Source: Alphaproteobacteria bacterium
GTDB lineage: Bacteria > Pseudomonadota > Alphaproteobacteria > Bin95
Length of the DNA stretch: 64,000 bases
Reading direction: 5' to 3'
NCBI GenBank assembly: GCA_965205265.1
Contig: CBDBGH010000003.1
Span: 3,232,001 to 3,296,000, forward strand
The position numbers and the translations under genes were made by a program. Positions 9,562 to 19,040 of this stretch are shown here, piece after piece; positions within the stretch are counted from its first letter, which is position 1; the number at the start of each line of letters is the position of its first letter. The notes under the pieces are model-generated. The model worked only from the letters and a program-made list of their open reading frames with translations. It did not search any database and had not been told where the DNA came from.

Positions 9562-9606
9562 AGAAGGGAACGCGGCAACAACACACAAACCTCCCGTTCG
9601 GGGCTT

Positions 9607-10275
9607 CTAGCCGTCCGTCAGCGCGTCGCCGCCGAAGCGCTCGCGGGTCGCGATCTCGGCGACGCTCAGGCGGCGGAGCTTCGTCAACTGGCGCACCGGC
9701 CTGCCGAGCGGCACGACGGCCGCCACGGCGAATTCCTCCGGGATGCCGAGCAGGCGCTTCACCTCCGGCTCCTCCGCGACCGCAAGCGTGGTGATGGTGC
9801 CGCCGAGCCCCGCCTGCCGCGCCGCCAGCAGCGTGTTCCAGACGAAGGGGTAGATCGACGCGCCGGAAATGACGCCGACGCGGTCCAGATAGCGGTCCAT
9901 CGAGGCGACGGCGCCGAGATCGACGATGAACACCAGCACCACCGGCGCTTCCCGGAACGGCTCGGTGAGCCGCGAAGGCGGCCGGGTGGCGGCGGCCTCC
10001 TCGTCCGTCACTGCGGAGGGATGCACCGTGTTCCAGGGGCTCTCGCCGCGCTTGACCTGAGCCGCATAGCGTTTCGCGGCGGGGACGGCCAGTTCCGCCA
10101 GCCGGCCCTTCGTCTCCGGGTCGCGCACCACGATCACCCGGTTGCCCTGCCGGTTGCCGCCGCTCGGCGCGAAGCGGGCCGCTTCCAGCAGCCCGTATAT
10201 CGTCTCGTCCGACACCGGGTCTTCCGTGAAGTCCCGGCAGGCGAAGGTGGTCCGCATCGCCTCGTCGAGTTCCAT
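9607..10275 (-). CDS. Nitroreductase family protein
   Basis: MRTTFACRDF, ARFAPSGGNRQG, LLAARQAGLGG, VVPLGRP. Confidence 0.9.
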   Translation of the reverse strand: MELDEAMRTTFACRDFTEDPVSDETIYGLLEAARFAPSGGNRQGNRVIVVRDPETKGRLAELAVPAAKRYAAQVKRGESPWNTVHPSAVTDEEAAATRPPSRLTEPFREAPVVLVFIVDLGAVASMDRYLDRVGVISGASIYPFVWNTLLAARQAGLGGTITTLAVAEEPEVKRLLGIPEEFAVAAVVPLGRPVRQLTKLRRLSVAEIATRERFGGDALTDG

Positions 10276-10496
10276 GGCCCTCCGTCTCCCCCGATTGCCT
10301 GACCCGAGCGGGACTCTCGCAGCATCCGCGCCCACCGGCAAGGGAGCGCCGGCCTCTCCGGGGGAGGACTTTCTTTCCGCGCGACCGTTTCCGTCTCCCC
10401 TCGCTCCCCAGCTGCCGCCCCCTTTTTCGTCGCCCCGGACGCCCGCGGGACGAACCGGGGCCTGTCCCCGCCGCTTCGACCCCGACGGACCGTGTT

Positions 10497-11501
10497 CTAG
10501 CCGCGGCTGCGCCCGCGCATTCTTTGCCTTGCGTCGCTGAGCAGCGCGCCGGCGCCCCAACCCGCCGGGCCGCTGCGCTCCAGCGCTTCCAGAATCCCGA
10601 TCAGGTTGTCGTCGCGGACCCGCTCCAGCTCGCGGATCGACAATCCGGCGGCCTGGCGGTCCGACTGCTCGGCGATGGCGTCGGTCAGGGCGCCGTCAAG
10701 CTCGGGAACGTCGGTCAGCTTCGTCCAGGGCAGGGCGAGGCACGGCCCGAACTGCTCCATGAAGTGGCGCATGCCGGCCTCGCCCCCGGCCAGCCGGTAG
10801 GTCTGGAACACGCCCATCTGCGCCCAGCGCAGGCCGAAGGAATAGCGCATGGCGTCGTCGATTTCCCCGACCGTCGCAACGCCGTCATGCGCCAGCCAGA
10901 GCGCCTCGCGCCAGAGTGCTTCCTGCAGGCGGTCGGCGATGAAGGCGTCGATCTCCTTGCGCAGCACGAGCGGCTTCATGCCAAGGCCCGCATAGACGGC
11001 GCATGCGCGTTCGACCGCTTCCGGCGCGGTCCGGCGCCCGGCGACGACCTCCACCAGCGGCAGCAGATAAACGGGGTTGAACGGATGGCCGACCAGCATC
11101 CGTTCCGGGTGCCGCATATCCTCCTGCATGGCGCTCGGCAGCAAGCCGGAGGTCGATGACGCGACGACGGCTCCGGCCGGGGCGGCCGCGTCGATTTCCG
11201 CAAGGACCCGGCGCTTCAAGTCGAGCCGCTCGGGTACGCTCTCCTGCACGAAGCCCGCGCCGTCAACGGCTTCCGCGACGCTCCGGGCGACCCGCAGCAG
11301 GCCGGGTTCCGGGCGCATGTCCCCGAACAGGCGGCTATAGGCGCGCTCGGCATTGGCCAGAACCGCCTTTGCGCGCAGGCCGGCCTCCGGGTCCGGGTCG
11401 CAGAGCGAAACGTCGATGCCGTTCAGCACGAAGCGGGCCGCCCAGCCGCTGCCGATGACGCCGCCGCCGACGCAGGCCGCGCGCTGGACGCCGTCCGTCA
11501 T
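10497..11501 (-). CDS. lcdH: Carnitine 3-dehydrogenase / 3-hydroxyacyl-CoA dehydrogenase family
   Basis: GGGVIGSGWAARF, VQESVPERLDLK, ASSTSG, GHPFNPVYLLPLVE, GLRWAQMG; adjacent to BKACE gene. Confidence 0.8.
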   Translation of the reverse strand: MTDGVQRAACVGGGVIGSGWAARFVLNGIDVSLCDPDPEAGLRAKAVLANAERAYSRLFGDMRPEPGLLRVARSVAEAVDGAGFVQESVPERLDLKRRVLAEIDAAAPAGAVVASSTSGLLPSAMQEDMRHPERMLVGHPFNPVYLLPLVEVVAGRRTAPEAVERACAVYAGLGMKPLVLRKEIDAFIADRLQEALWREALWLAHDGVATVGEIDDAMRYSFGLRWAQMGVFQTYRLAGGEAGMRHFMEQFGPCLALPWTKLTDVPELDGALTDAIAEQSDRQAAGLSIRELERVRDDNLIGILEALERSGPAGWGAGALLSDARQRMRGRSRG

Positions 11502-11525
11502 GCTGCGCGCCCGGCTGCGCCTTGC

Positions 11526-12428
11526 TCAGCGCCTGCGCAATGCCAGCCTGTCGCGCACCGCTTCCGGACCCAGCACCCGCACGCCCATGTTCCCCATTAT
11601 GGCGACCGCCCGGCGGACAAGGTCGGCATTGGTCGCGAGCACGCCCCGGTCGAGCCAGATATTGTCCTCCAGCCCGACCCTGACATTGCCGCCGGCAAGC
11701 ACGGCGAGCGCGGCGTAGGGAAGCTGGTTGCGGCCGAGCGAAAAGGCCGAGAAGGTCCAGCCGGCCGGCAGGTTGTTCACGAGCGACATGAGCGTGCCGA
11801 TATCGTCCGGGGCGCCCCAGGGAACGCCCATGCAGAACTGCACCATGACCGGGTCGTCGATCAGGCCCTGTCCGGCCAGCCGCTTGGCGAACGCCAGATG
11901 GCCGGTGTCGAAGACCTCGATCTCGGGCCTGACGCCGAGCGCCTGCACGCGCTTCGCCATGTCCGCCAGCATGGCCGGCGTGTTGGTCATGATGTAGTCG
12001 CCTTCGCCGAAATTCATCGTGCCGCAATCGAGCGTGCAGATTTCCGGCAGCAACTCCGCGACATGGGCGAGCCGCTCCCCGGCGCCCGCCATGTCGGTGC
12101 CCGCCTGCAAAGGCGGCAGCGGCCGGTCGGTCGGCCCGAGCGTGAGGTCGCCGCCCATGCCGGCGGTCAGATTGAGCACGACATCGGTGCCCGATTCCCG
12201 CACCCGTTCCACAACCTCGCGGTAGAGTGCCGGGTCGCGTGCCGGCCGGCCGGTTTCCGGGTCGCGCACATGGACATGGATAACCGCCGCCCCGGCGCGC
12301 GCAGCCTCGATTCCGGCCTCGGCGATTTCCGCCGGTGTCACCGGCACCCTGTCGGAGCGGCCGGTCGTGTCGCCGGCGCCGGTCAGCGCACAGGTGATGA
12401 AGGCTTCGCGGCTGGGATTGAGCGCCAT
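11526..12428 (-). CDS. 3-keto-5-aminohexanoate cleavage (BKACE) family protein, probably dehydrocarnitine cleavage
   Basis: [35 protein letters not shown]. Confidence 0.9.
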   Translation of the reverse strand: MALNPSREAFITCALTGAGDTTGRSDRVPVTPAEIAEAGIEAARAGAAVIHVHVRDPETGRPARDPALYREVVERVRESGTDVVLNLTAGMGGDLTLGPTDRPLPPLQAGTDMAGAGERLAHVAELLPEICTLDCGTMNFGEGDYIMTNTPAMLADMAKRVQALGVRPEIEVFDTGHLAFAKRLAGQGLIDDPVMVQFCMGVPWGAPDDIGTLMSLVNNLPAGWTFSAFSLGRNQLPYAALAVLAGGNVRVGLEDNIWLDRGVLATNADLVRRAVAIMGNMGVRVLGPEAVRDRLALRRR

Positions 12429-12500
12429 GATCCGGTCCTCCCTGTCCGTCTTGCGCGCGCTCCTTCGGTGATGCGGCGCGGCAGGGAGTCCGTAGCCCTT

Positions 12501-12634
12501 TCAGGACGCGCCGAAACGCCCGGCTGCGTCATCGAGGCGCACGAATTCCGCACCGAGGCGGCGAAGGCCCTGGATCAGCCTTTCGAGGAACAGCATCCGG
12601 TGGCCCCGGCCGATCACGAGCGGGTGGAAGGTGT
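12501..12634 (-). pseudogene. C-terminal remnant of a polysaccharide deacetylase gene
   Basis: TFHPLVIGRGHRMLFLERLI...GAEFVRLDD is the typical C-terminus; similarity stops abruptly about 40 bp before cas3. Confidence 0.7.
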
Positions 12635-12674
12635 GACGATTTGGAATAGAGTCTCCCCAATCTACGGAGAGAAT

Positions 12675-14930
12675 TTGCCCCACTACGCACATAGCAGCGA
12701 TCGGGACGAGTCGGAGTGGCATTCGCTGCGCGAGCATCTGATCGAAACCGGCGCACGAGCGTCCGGATTTCTCGAACCTGTGGGCTGTGGAGAGCTGGCG
12801 CAAACAGCCGGGCTCTTGCACGACCTCGGGAAATACAGCCGAGAATTTCAAGCACGACTGCGCGGCGGCCCTCCTTGCGACCATTCGACCGCGGGCGCCA
12901 GGGTTGCAATCGAAAGATACGGAAATAGCGACGCGCGCAGAGCATCGCCCGGAAAGATGCTCGCCTTTGCAATTGCGGGTCACCATGCAGGCTTAGCCGA
13001 TGGCGTAAACGGAACGGAGCCTCGGGCGCTGGCCGACCGACTGCAAGCCGTCATTCCGGAAATAGCCCCGGTATGGCAGCAGGACCTGAGCCTTCCCCAG
13101 CTTGCGCCGCCTCCGTTGAAACCGCGCGACAGGGAAATGGCCGGTTTCTGTGCGGCTTTCGCGACCCGCATGCTCTTCTCGGCGCTCGTGGACGCCGACT
13201 TTCTCGACACCGAAGCCTGGTATGCCGGTTGCGAAGGCCATCCGGCTTTACGTGGACATCATCCTCCGCTTGCCGGGCTTCTGGATCGTCTGGATGCCTA
13301 TCTCAATGCGTTGATGGCGAGTGCTGACGATACCGAAGTTAACCGGGTGCGCTGTAGGGTTCTGGAGCGGGCCCGTGCGAAGGCGGCCGAAGCGCCGGGA
13401 CTGTTCACCTTCACTGTGCCCACGGGCGGAGGAAAGACGCTTTCGTCGCTGGCCTTCGCCCTTGAGCATGCTGTGCGCCATGATCTGGCGCGTGTGATCT
13501 ACGTCATTCCCTATACGAGCATCATCGACCAGACAACCCGCGTGTTCCGAGAAGCACTCGGAGCGGGAGACGGGGACCTGGCCGATTTTGTCGTCGAACA
13601 TCACAGTGCTTTCGACGAAGAACGGGCCCGGAACCGGGAGGCCCGGGACAAGCTGCGGCTCGCCATGGAAAATTGGGATGCGCCGATAGTTGTCACCACC
13701 GCAGTCCAGTTCTTCGAGAGCCTGTTCTCCAACAGACCTTCCCGCTGCCGCAAGCTGCACAACATTGCGAACAGCATCGTCATCCTCGACGAAGCGCAGA
13801 CTCTGCCCTTGGCATTGCTGCGGCCTTGCGTTGCCGCGCTCGATGAGCTTGTCCGGAACTGGAAGGCGAGCATCGTGCTGTGTACGGCCACCCAGCCGGC
13901 GCTCGCGGCGACGGACGGTTTCGTTGGTGGATTGACGGGATTGAGGGAGATTGCACCTGAACCGGCCGATCTGCATCGGCGTCTGCAACGCACCCGGATA
14001 CGCCAGGAGGGAATGGTAACGGACGTGGAACTGGGCGAAAGGTTGTGCGCCGTGCCGCAATCGCTTTGCATCCTGAACACGCGCCGGCATGCGCGCGAAC
14101 TCTTCGAAATGATCCGTCAGGCAACCGGAAGTGTTCATCTGAGCACCTTGATGTGCGCGGCGCACCGGGGCGAGGTGCTGCAAACAGTCCGCCACCGCCT
14201 TGCCGAAGGCGAAGCGGTGCGCCTGGTCGCCACGTCCCTGATCGAGGCGGGCGTCGATGTGGATTTTCCGGTTGTCTGGCGTGCAGAAGCCGGCCTCGAA
14301 TCGATCGTGCAGGCTGCGGGTCGATGCAATCGGGAAGGCAAGGCGGCGCTGGGCGATGTCTTCGTGTTCGAGCCTGCAGAATCCGAGGGGCGGCGGCCTC
14401 CCGGCGACGTGTCCAAGCGAGCCGATGCCGCACGCCGTGTCATGCGGCATCGCGACGACCCGGCGATGCCGGAGGCGGTCCGCTCGTATTTTCAGGACGT
14501 GTACTGGATCGAAGGCGGTGGACTGGATCGGAAAGACATTCTCCGCGCTTTTCGTGAGCGCGCGAGGAGTTTCGATTTTCCCTTCGCAACCGTGGCCAGG
14601 GACTTCCGCATGATCGAAACGGGTATGGTCCCGATCATCGTTCCTTGGCAAGGTACGGATGGCAGCGACGATATGGCTGACCGGTGTCTTCGGGAGCTGG
14701 ATTTCGTCGAGCGTCCCGGCCGCGTCGCCCGCAGTCTTCAGCCATACACAGTCCAGGTGCCGCCGCAGGTGCGTCGCAGACTGCTTGACGCGCGCGCTGT
14801 ACGATTTGTCCGCGAAGATGCTTTCGGCGAGCAGTTTGCCTTGCTGGAGAATCTGGACCTGTATCGGCCGGATATCGGGTTGACATGGGACGATCCGGCC
14901 TTCCGGATAGCGGAAGGACTTGTATTCTGA
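12675..14930 (+). CDS. cas3: CRISPR-associated helicase/HD nuclease Cas3 (type I-C)
   Basis: HSLREHL, LLHDLGK, IAGHHAGL, LVDAD, PTGGGKT, DEAQ, QAAGRCNREG; TTG start after GGAGAG. Confidence 0.95.
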   Translation: MPHYAHSSDRDESEWHSLREHLIETGARASGFLEPVGCGELAQTAGLLHDLGKYSREFQARLRGGPPCDHSTAGARVAIERYGNSDARRASPGKMLAFAIAGHHAGLADGVNGTEPRALADRLQAVIPEIAPVWQQDLSLPQLAPPPLKPRDREMAGFCAAFATRMLFSALVDADFLDTEAWYAGCEGHPALRGHHPPLAGLLDRLDAYLNALMASADDTEVNRVRCRVLERARAKAAEAPGLFTFTVPTGGGKTLSSLAFALEHAVRHDLARVIYVIPYTSIIDQTTRVFREALGAGDGDLADFVVEHHSAFDEERARNREARDKLRLAMENWDAPIVVTTAVQFFESLFSNRPSRCRKLHNIANSIVILDEAQTLPLALLRPCVAALDELVRNWKASIVLCTATQPALAATDGFVGGLTGLREIAPEPADLHRRLQRTRIRQEGMVTDVELGERLCAVPQSLCILNTRRHARELFEMIRQATGSVHLSTLMCAAHRGEVLQTVRHRLAEGEAVRLVATSLIEAGVDVDFPVVWRAEAGLESIVQAAGRCNREGKAALGDVFVFEPAESEGRRPPGDVSKRADAARRVMRHRDDPAMPEAVRSYFQDVYWIEGGGLDRKDILRAFRERARSFDFPFATVARDFRMIETGMVPIIVPWQGTDGSDDMADRCLRELDFVERPGRVARSLQPYTVQVPPQVRRRLLDARAVRFVREDAFGEQFALLENLDLYRPDIGLTWDDPAFRIAEGLVF

Positions 14931-15004
14931 CGGATGCCGCGACGACAAAGAGCTATATTTGGTTCGATTTTCGCGACGATCCGGGTTTCGGGAGAGCTTG
15001 GGCG

Positions 15005-15676
15005 ATGCCGTACGGGATAAGGCTGCACGTCTGGGGCGAGTATGCGTGCTTCACGCGGCCCGAGATGAAGGTCGAGCGCGTGAGCTACGACGCCATGACG
15101 CCGTCAGCCGCTCGCGGCATCCTGGAGGCGATCCACTGGAAGCCTGCGATTCGCTGGGAAGTCGACCGCATTCACGTCCTGAGGCCGATCCGGTTCGAGA
15201 CGCTGCGGAGGAACGAACTGGGCAACAAGATTCCGGCAGGCAACGTTACGAAGGCGATGCGGGCCGGATCGACCGAGGGCTTGCGGACCGTTGTCGAAGA
15301 CGACCGCCAACAGCGGGCCGCCACATTGCTGCGAGACGTGGGATATGTGATCGAGGCGCATTTCGTGTTGACTGCGGCGGCGGGTCCCGACGATTCGGAG
15401 GTGAAGCACCTGGCCATGTTCAACCGGCGCGCCGCGAGAGGGCAATGTTTCCATCGGCCCTATCTCGGAACCCGCGAGTTCGCGGCGGACTTTGAGCTGG
15501 TTGACGATACGATGCCCATGTCGTCCCTGCCCGAAACCGATCGGGACCGGGATCTGGGCTGGATGTTGTTCGACATTGACTATGCCGACGGTTCCTCGCC
15601 CCGTTTCTTCCGCGCCCGGCTCAGCGGTGGCGTGATCGAAGTGCCGGCATGGAATTCGCCGGAGGTCCGAGCATGA
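15005..15676 (+). CDS. cas5: Type I-C Cas5c (Cas5d)
   Basis: ACFTRPEMKVERVSY, TPSAARGILEAIHWKP, PYLGTREF. Confidence 0.96.
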   Translation: MPYGIRLHVWGEYACFTRPEMKVERVSYDAMTPSAARGILEAIHWKPAIRWEVDRIHVLRPIRFETLRRNELGNKIPAGNVTKAMRAGSTEGLRTVVEDDRQQRAATLLRDVGYVIEAHFVLTAAAGPDDSEVKHLAMFNRRAARGQCFHRPYLGTREFAADFELVDDTMPMSSLPETDRDRDLGWMLFDIDYADGSSPRFFRARLSGGVIEVPAWNSPEVRA

Positions 15677-17124
15677 CGATTCTTCAGGCCCTCGCCGGTC
15701 ACTATGACCGTATCGCGTCCAGAGGCGCGGCGCCGCCCTACGGTTTTTCTAATGAGAAGATTTCGTATGCCATTCTGTTGTCGCAGGACGGACGGGCGGT
15801 AGATGTCCAATCCCTTCAGGACATGTCGGGAAAGAAACCGCGGCCGGGCATCCAGGCTGTTCCCCGGCCTGTGAAACGGACTTCCGGGATCGCATCCAAC
15901 TTCCTCTGGGACAAGACCGCCTACGCTCTTGGCGTGAAGGCCGGTGCCGACGCCGGAGACTTTGTGCTTGCTGAACGTGAGTTCGCGGCCTTCAAGAATC
16001 TGCATGAGGATCTGCTGGCCGGTTCCGAAGACGAAGGATTGTCGGCGTTTTTGGCTTTCTTGAGATCATGGGAACCGGCGTCGTATGGGATTCTGCGGCA
16101 TGCCAAGGACATGCTCGGCACAAACGTGGTTTTCTGCTTGGACGACGGAGAACGCCGGTTTCTGCATGAACGGCCAGCGGCGCGGGCCGTATGGGCGAAC
16201 CATCTCGATCGGGGCGGCTCCGAAGGCTTGTGTCTGGTTACCGGCGACCGAGGGCCGGTCGCACGCCTGCATCCGGCAGTGAAGGGTGTGCGAGGTGCTC
16301 AATCCGGGGGCGCCTCGATCGTATCCTTCAATCTTGACGCGTCCGAATCCTTCGACAAACGCCAGGGAGCCAATGCGCCGGTCTCTGAACGGGCCGCATT
16401 TGCCTATACAACAGCGTTGAACGCCTTGCTTGCACCCGACAGCGGTCAGCGCATCCAGATCGGCGATACGACGACGGTCTTCTGGGCAGAGGCAGCGGAT
16501 CCGAAACAGTCGGAGGCTGCGGAAGGCCTGTTTTCAATGTTGGCTGAACCGCCAACGAACGAGCAGGCGGCTGCAAGGGTTCGGGACAAGCTCCAGGCGA
16601 TTGCCGAAGGGCGCCCCCTTGCCGAAGCCGCACCCGATGTCCGGGAGGACACTCGGTTCTACGTGCTCGGTCTGGCGCCGAATGCCGCGCGGCTGTCCAT
16701 CAGGTTCTGGTATGCGGAGACTATCGGCGCATTTGCCGAGCGGATCGTCCAGCATTGGCGTGATCTGCAGCTGGAGCCGGTACCGTGGACATCGCCGCCG
16801 CCTGTCTGGCGTTTGCTTTACGAGACCGCACCGCAGCGCAAGGCTGACAATATCCCGCCGACGCTCGGTGGGGCCTTGATGCGCGCCATACTGACCGATA
16901 TGCCTTATCCGCGCTCGCTGCTGGCGGCCGTGGTGACGCGCATGCGCGCCGACAAGGATATCAATGGAACGCGCGCAGCTATCTGCAAGGCCGTTATGGC
17001 GCGCAATCACCGCCTAGGCTTCGAAGAGGAGACTGCCCCAGTGAGCCTGAATCCCGAGGAGAGAAACCCGGCCTACCGGCTCGGGCGCTTGTTTGCCGTT
17101 TACGAAGGGCTGCAGCGCTCAGCC
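15673..17124 (+). pseudogene. cas8c: Type I-C Cas8c/Csd1, 3'-truncated by IS1634 copy 2
   Basis: MTILQALAGHY, CLVTG, LAPNAARLSIRFW, AYRLGRLFAVYE.LQ then runs into the IS end at 17125. Confidence 0.92.
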
Positions 17125-19040
17125 CCTGACTTCGACGGTTGATTCGCATAAGTAGTTGATATTGCCTGGTTCTCATTTCGGCTAGGCACTACATCCGGCA
17201 TTTCTTCGAGCCGTGCTTCGTCGACGGTCAGGCGAGTTGATACGGGGTGATCGTCAGGGGCAGCCCCATGGTTGCGTAAATCTGCTCCGCCGCCGGTGTC
17301 GGCTTCGAGGGGATGACGTAGCGGTTGCCCGATTGCCGACAGCGCAGCAGGGAGCACTGGCGGTGGACGAGGGCGGAGCGGATGACCTCCGGGGACATCC
17401 GCCGCTTCTGGATGGCGACGCGGTACGCAAGGTGTCGAACGCAGGCGAAGGCCAGGAAGGCGATGGCGATGTGAGCGCGGATCCGGTCCGGGTTCCAGTG
17501 CCAGATGGGACGTATCTTCAGGTCGTGTTTGGTGATCCGGAAGCTCTCCTCGACCTGCCAGAGCCCCTGGTAGTGAGCCATCACTTCGGTGACGCGCGCG
17601 TCGCGCAGATTGGTGATGACGCCGGTGAGCCCGTCCCATCGTGCGGCCTCGGCGATCTTCTCCGGGTTCACCGTGAGCCGTGCGTCGCCCTCGACGGCGA
17701 TGAAGCGCTTCGCCCCGTGATTGGAGAGCAGTTCCCTGGGATTGTCGCTGCGGGCCAGCCTGTCGAGCAGGCGTTCCACCTGATGGCGGCGCTCGTGCGC
17801 GTCCTTGCGTGCGCGCTGGGGGCAGAAGACGACGATCAGGCGACGGCCCTTGTACTCCCACTCGCCGACCCGGCGGTCCTGTGAGCCCTCCAGCGGGGCA
17901 TAGGTCCCGGGGTCGAGAACCTGCCCCAGCAGCGCGAGCGGCAGCTTGCGCAGCCGCGCGCCGACGACATACTCGCCGCCGATGGCGTCCATGGCGTCGA
18001 GGTTGTCGGCGCTCAGCATGCCCCGGTCGGCCACGCATACCGTGCGCTCCACCTGGTGGCGGCGCTGCATGTCCTGCAGGACCGGGACCATGCTGTGTCC
18101 CTCGTAGGTGGCGCCGGGGAAGACCTCGTAGCTGATCGGCAGCCCTTCGCGCGTCACCATCAGCGCCAGCAGAACCTGCGAGTCCTTGTGTTTGCCGTCC
18201 TTGCTGAAGCCGTGCTGGCGAAGCTCGTCCTCGGCGGCCGTCTCGAAGTAGAGCGTGGTGCAATCGAAGAAGAGGATCGCGACCGGCTCCGGCAGCAGCG
18301 ACCGGCTCGCCTCGCCGACGCGCGTGCGCAGTCGCTCGATCACCGTCGCGTCGAGCTGATCCATCATCCGGTAGACCTTCTCGAGCGGAAGACTCACGCC
18401 GAAGTCCTCCTCGAGCCGGCGCACGCTGCCCCGCTTGCTGTCGGGGTTGGCTACCCGCGCCATCACCACATGGAACAGCGCGTCATGGGAGGCCCGGTAG
18501 CGCGAGCGCGGCAGCAGCGCGTCGAGGCCCAGCAGCCGGTAGATCTCGCCATAGACCTCGTGGATGCCTGTGATCAGGCGCTGCTCCTCTTCAAGCTGCT
18601 TGAGGTCGACCGGGAGTTCCTCCTTGCCGTCCCCCCGGCGGCCGACACGGATCGCCTGCTCAGCGATCTTCTCGGGCGCAAACAATGCCGGCTGACGCTC
18701 GTCCTCCAGCTTCGCCTTGACGTACTCGCCGAGCTGCCTCAGGCGCTCGAGCTCGTCCTCGTCCATGGCCACGCCGACATGGCGGACGATGCGCTGTCGG
18801 ACCTTGCCGCCGTCGCGCACGGCCTCGACGATCTGGACCGAGCGTCGCGGGCTGTTGGGGGAGGTCTTGATGCGCACGAACATGGGGGGAGTGTAGCGCG
18901 TGGCGGAGGCATTGACAGTCTCAAAGATTTACTAGGCACTACAACGCAGCTTGACCGCACCGCAACTGCCAACTCATTGGCTTTACTGAAAACTCCAGAC
19001 GCGAGATCGGTCAGAAGTCAGCCCAACCGTCGAAGTCAGG
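17125..19040 (-). mobile_element. IS1634-family insertion sequence, copy 2 (inverted relative to copy 1), no flanking duplication
   Basis: Same 17-bp IRs, same 1916-bp length and identical transposase translation; flanks are cas8c and a 6-nt spacer remnant. Confidence 0.93.
17228..18883 (-). CDS. IS1634-family DDE transposase
   Basis: 551 aa, translation identical to 6337-7992. Confidence 0.93.
   Translation of the reverse strand: MFVRIKTSPNSPRRSVQIVEAVRDGGKVRQRIVRHVGVAMDEDELERLRQLGEYVKAKLEDERQPALFAPEKIAEQAIRVGRRGDGKEELPVDLKQLEEEQRLITGIHEVYGEIYRLLGLDALLPRSRYRASHDALFHVVMARVANPDSKRGSVRRLEEDFGVSLPLEKVYRMMDQLDATVIERLRTRVGEASRSLLPEPVAILFFDCTTLYFETAAEDELRQHGFSKDGKHKDSQVLLALMVTREGLPISYEVFPGATYEGHSMVPVLQDMQRRHQVERTVCVADRGMLSADNLDAMDAIGGEYVVGARLRKLPLALLGQVLDPGTYAPLEGSQDRRVGEWEYKGRRLIVVFCPQRARKDAHERRHQVERLLDRLARSDNPRELLSNHGAKRFIAVEGDARLTVNPEKIAEAARWDGLTGVITNLRDARVTEVMAHYQGLWQVEESFRITKHDLKIRPIWHWNPDRIRAHIAIAFLAFACVRHLAYRVAIQKRRMSPEVIRSALVHRQCSLLRCRQSGNRYVIPSKPTPAAEQIYATMGLPLTITPYQLA

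Noticed and set aside
11898-12674. 1010-aa ORF suggesting an N-terminally extended Cas3 fusion
   Set aside because: The extension is the antisense of the BKACE gene and deacetylase remnant; Cas3 motifs begin at the TTG at 12675
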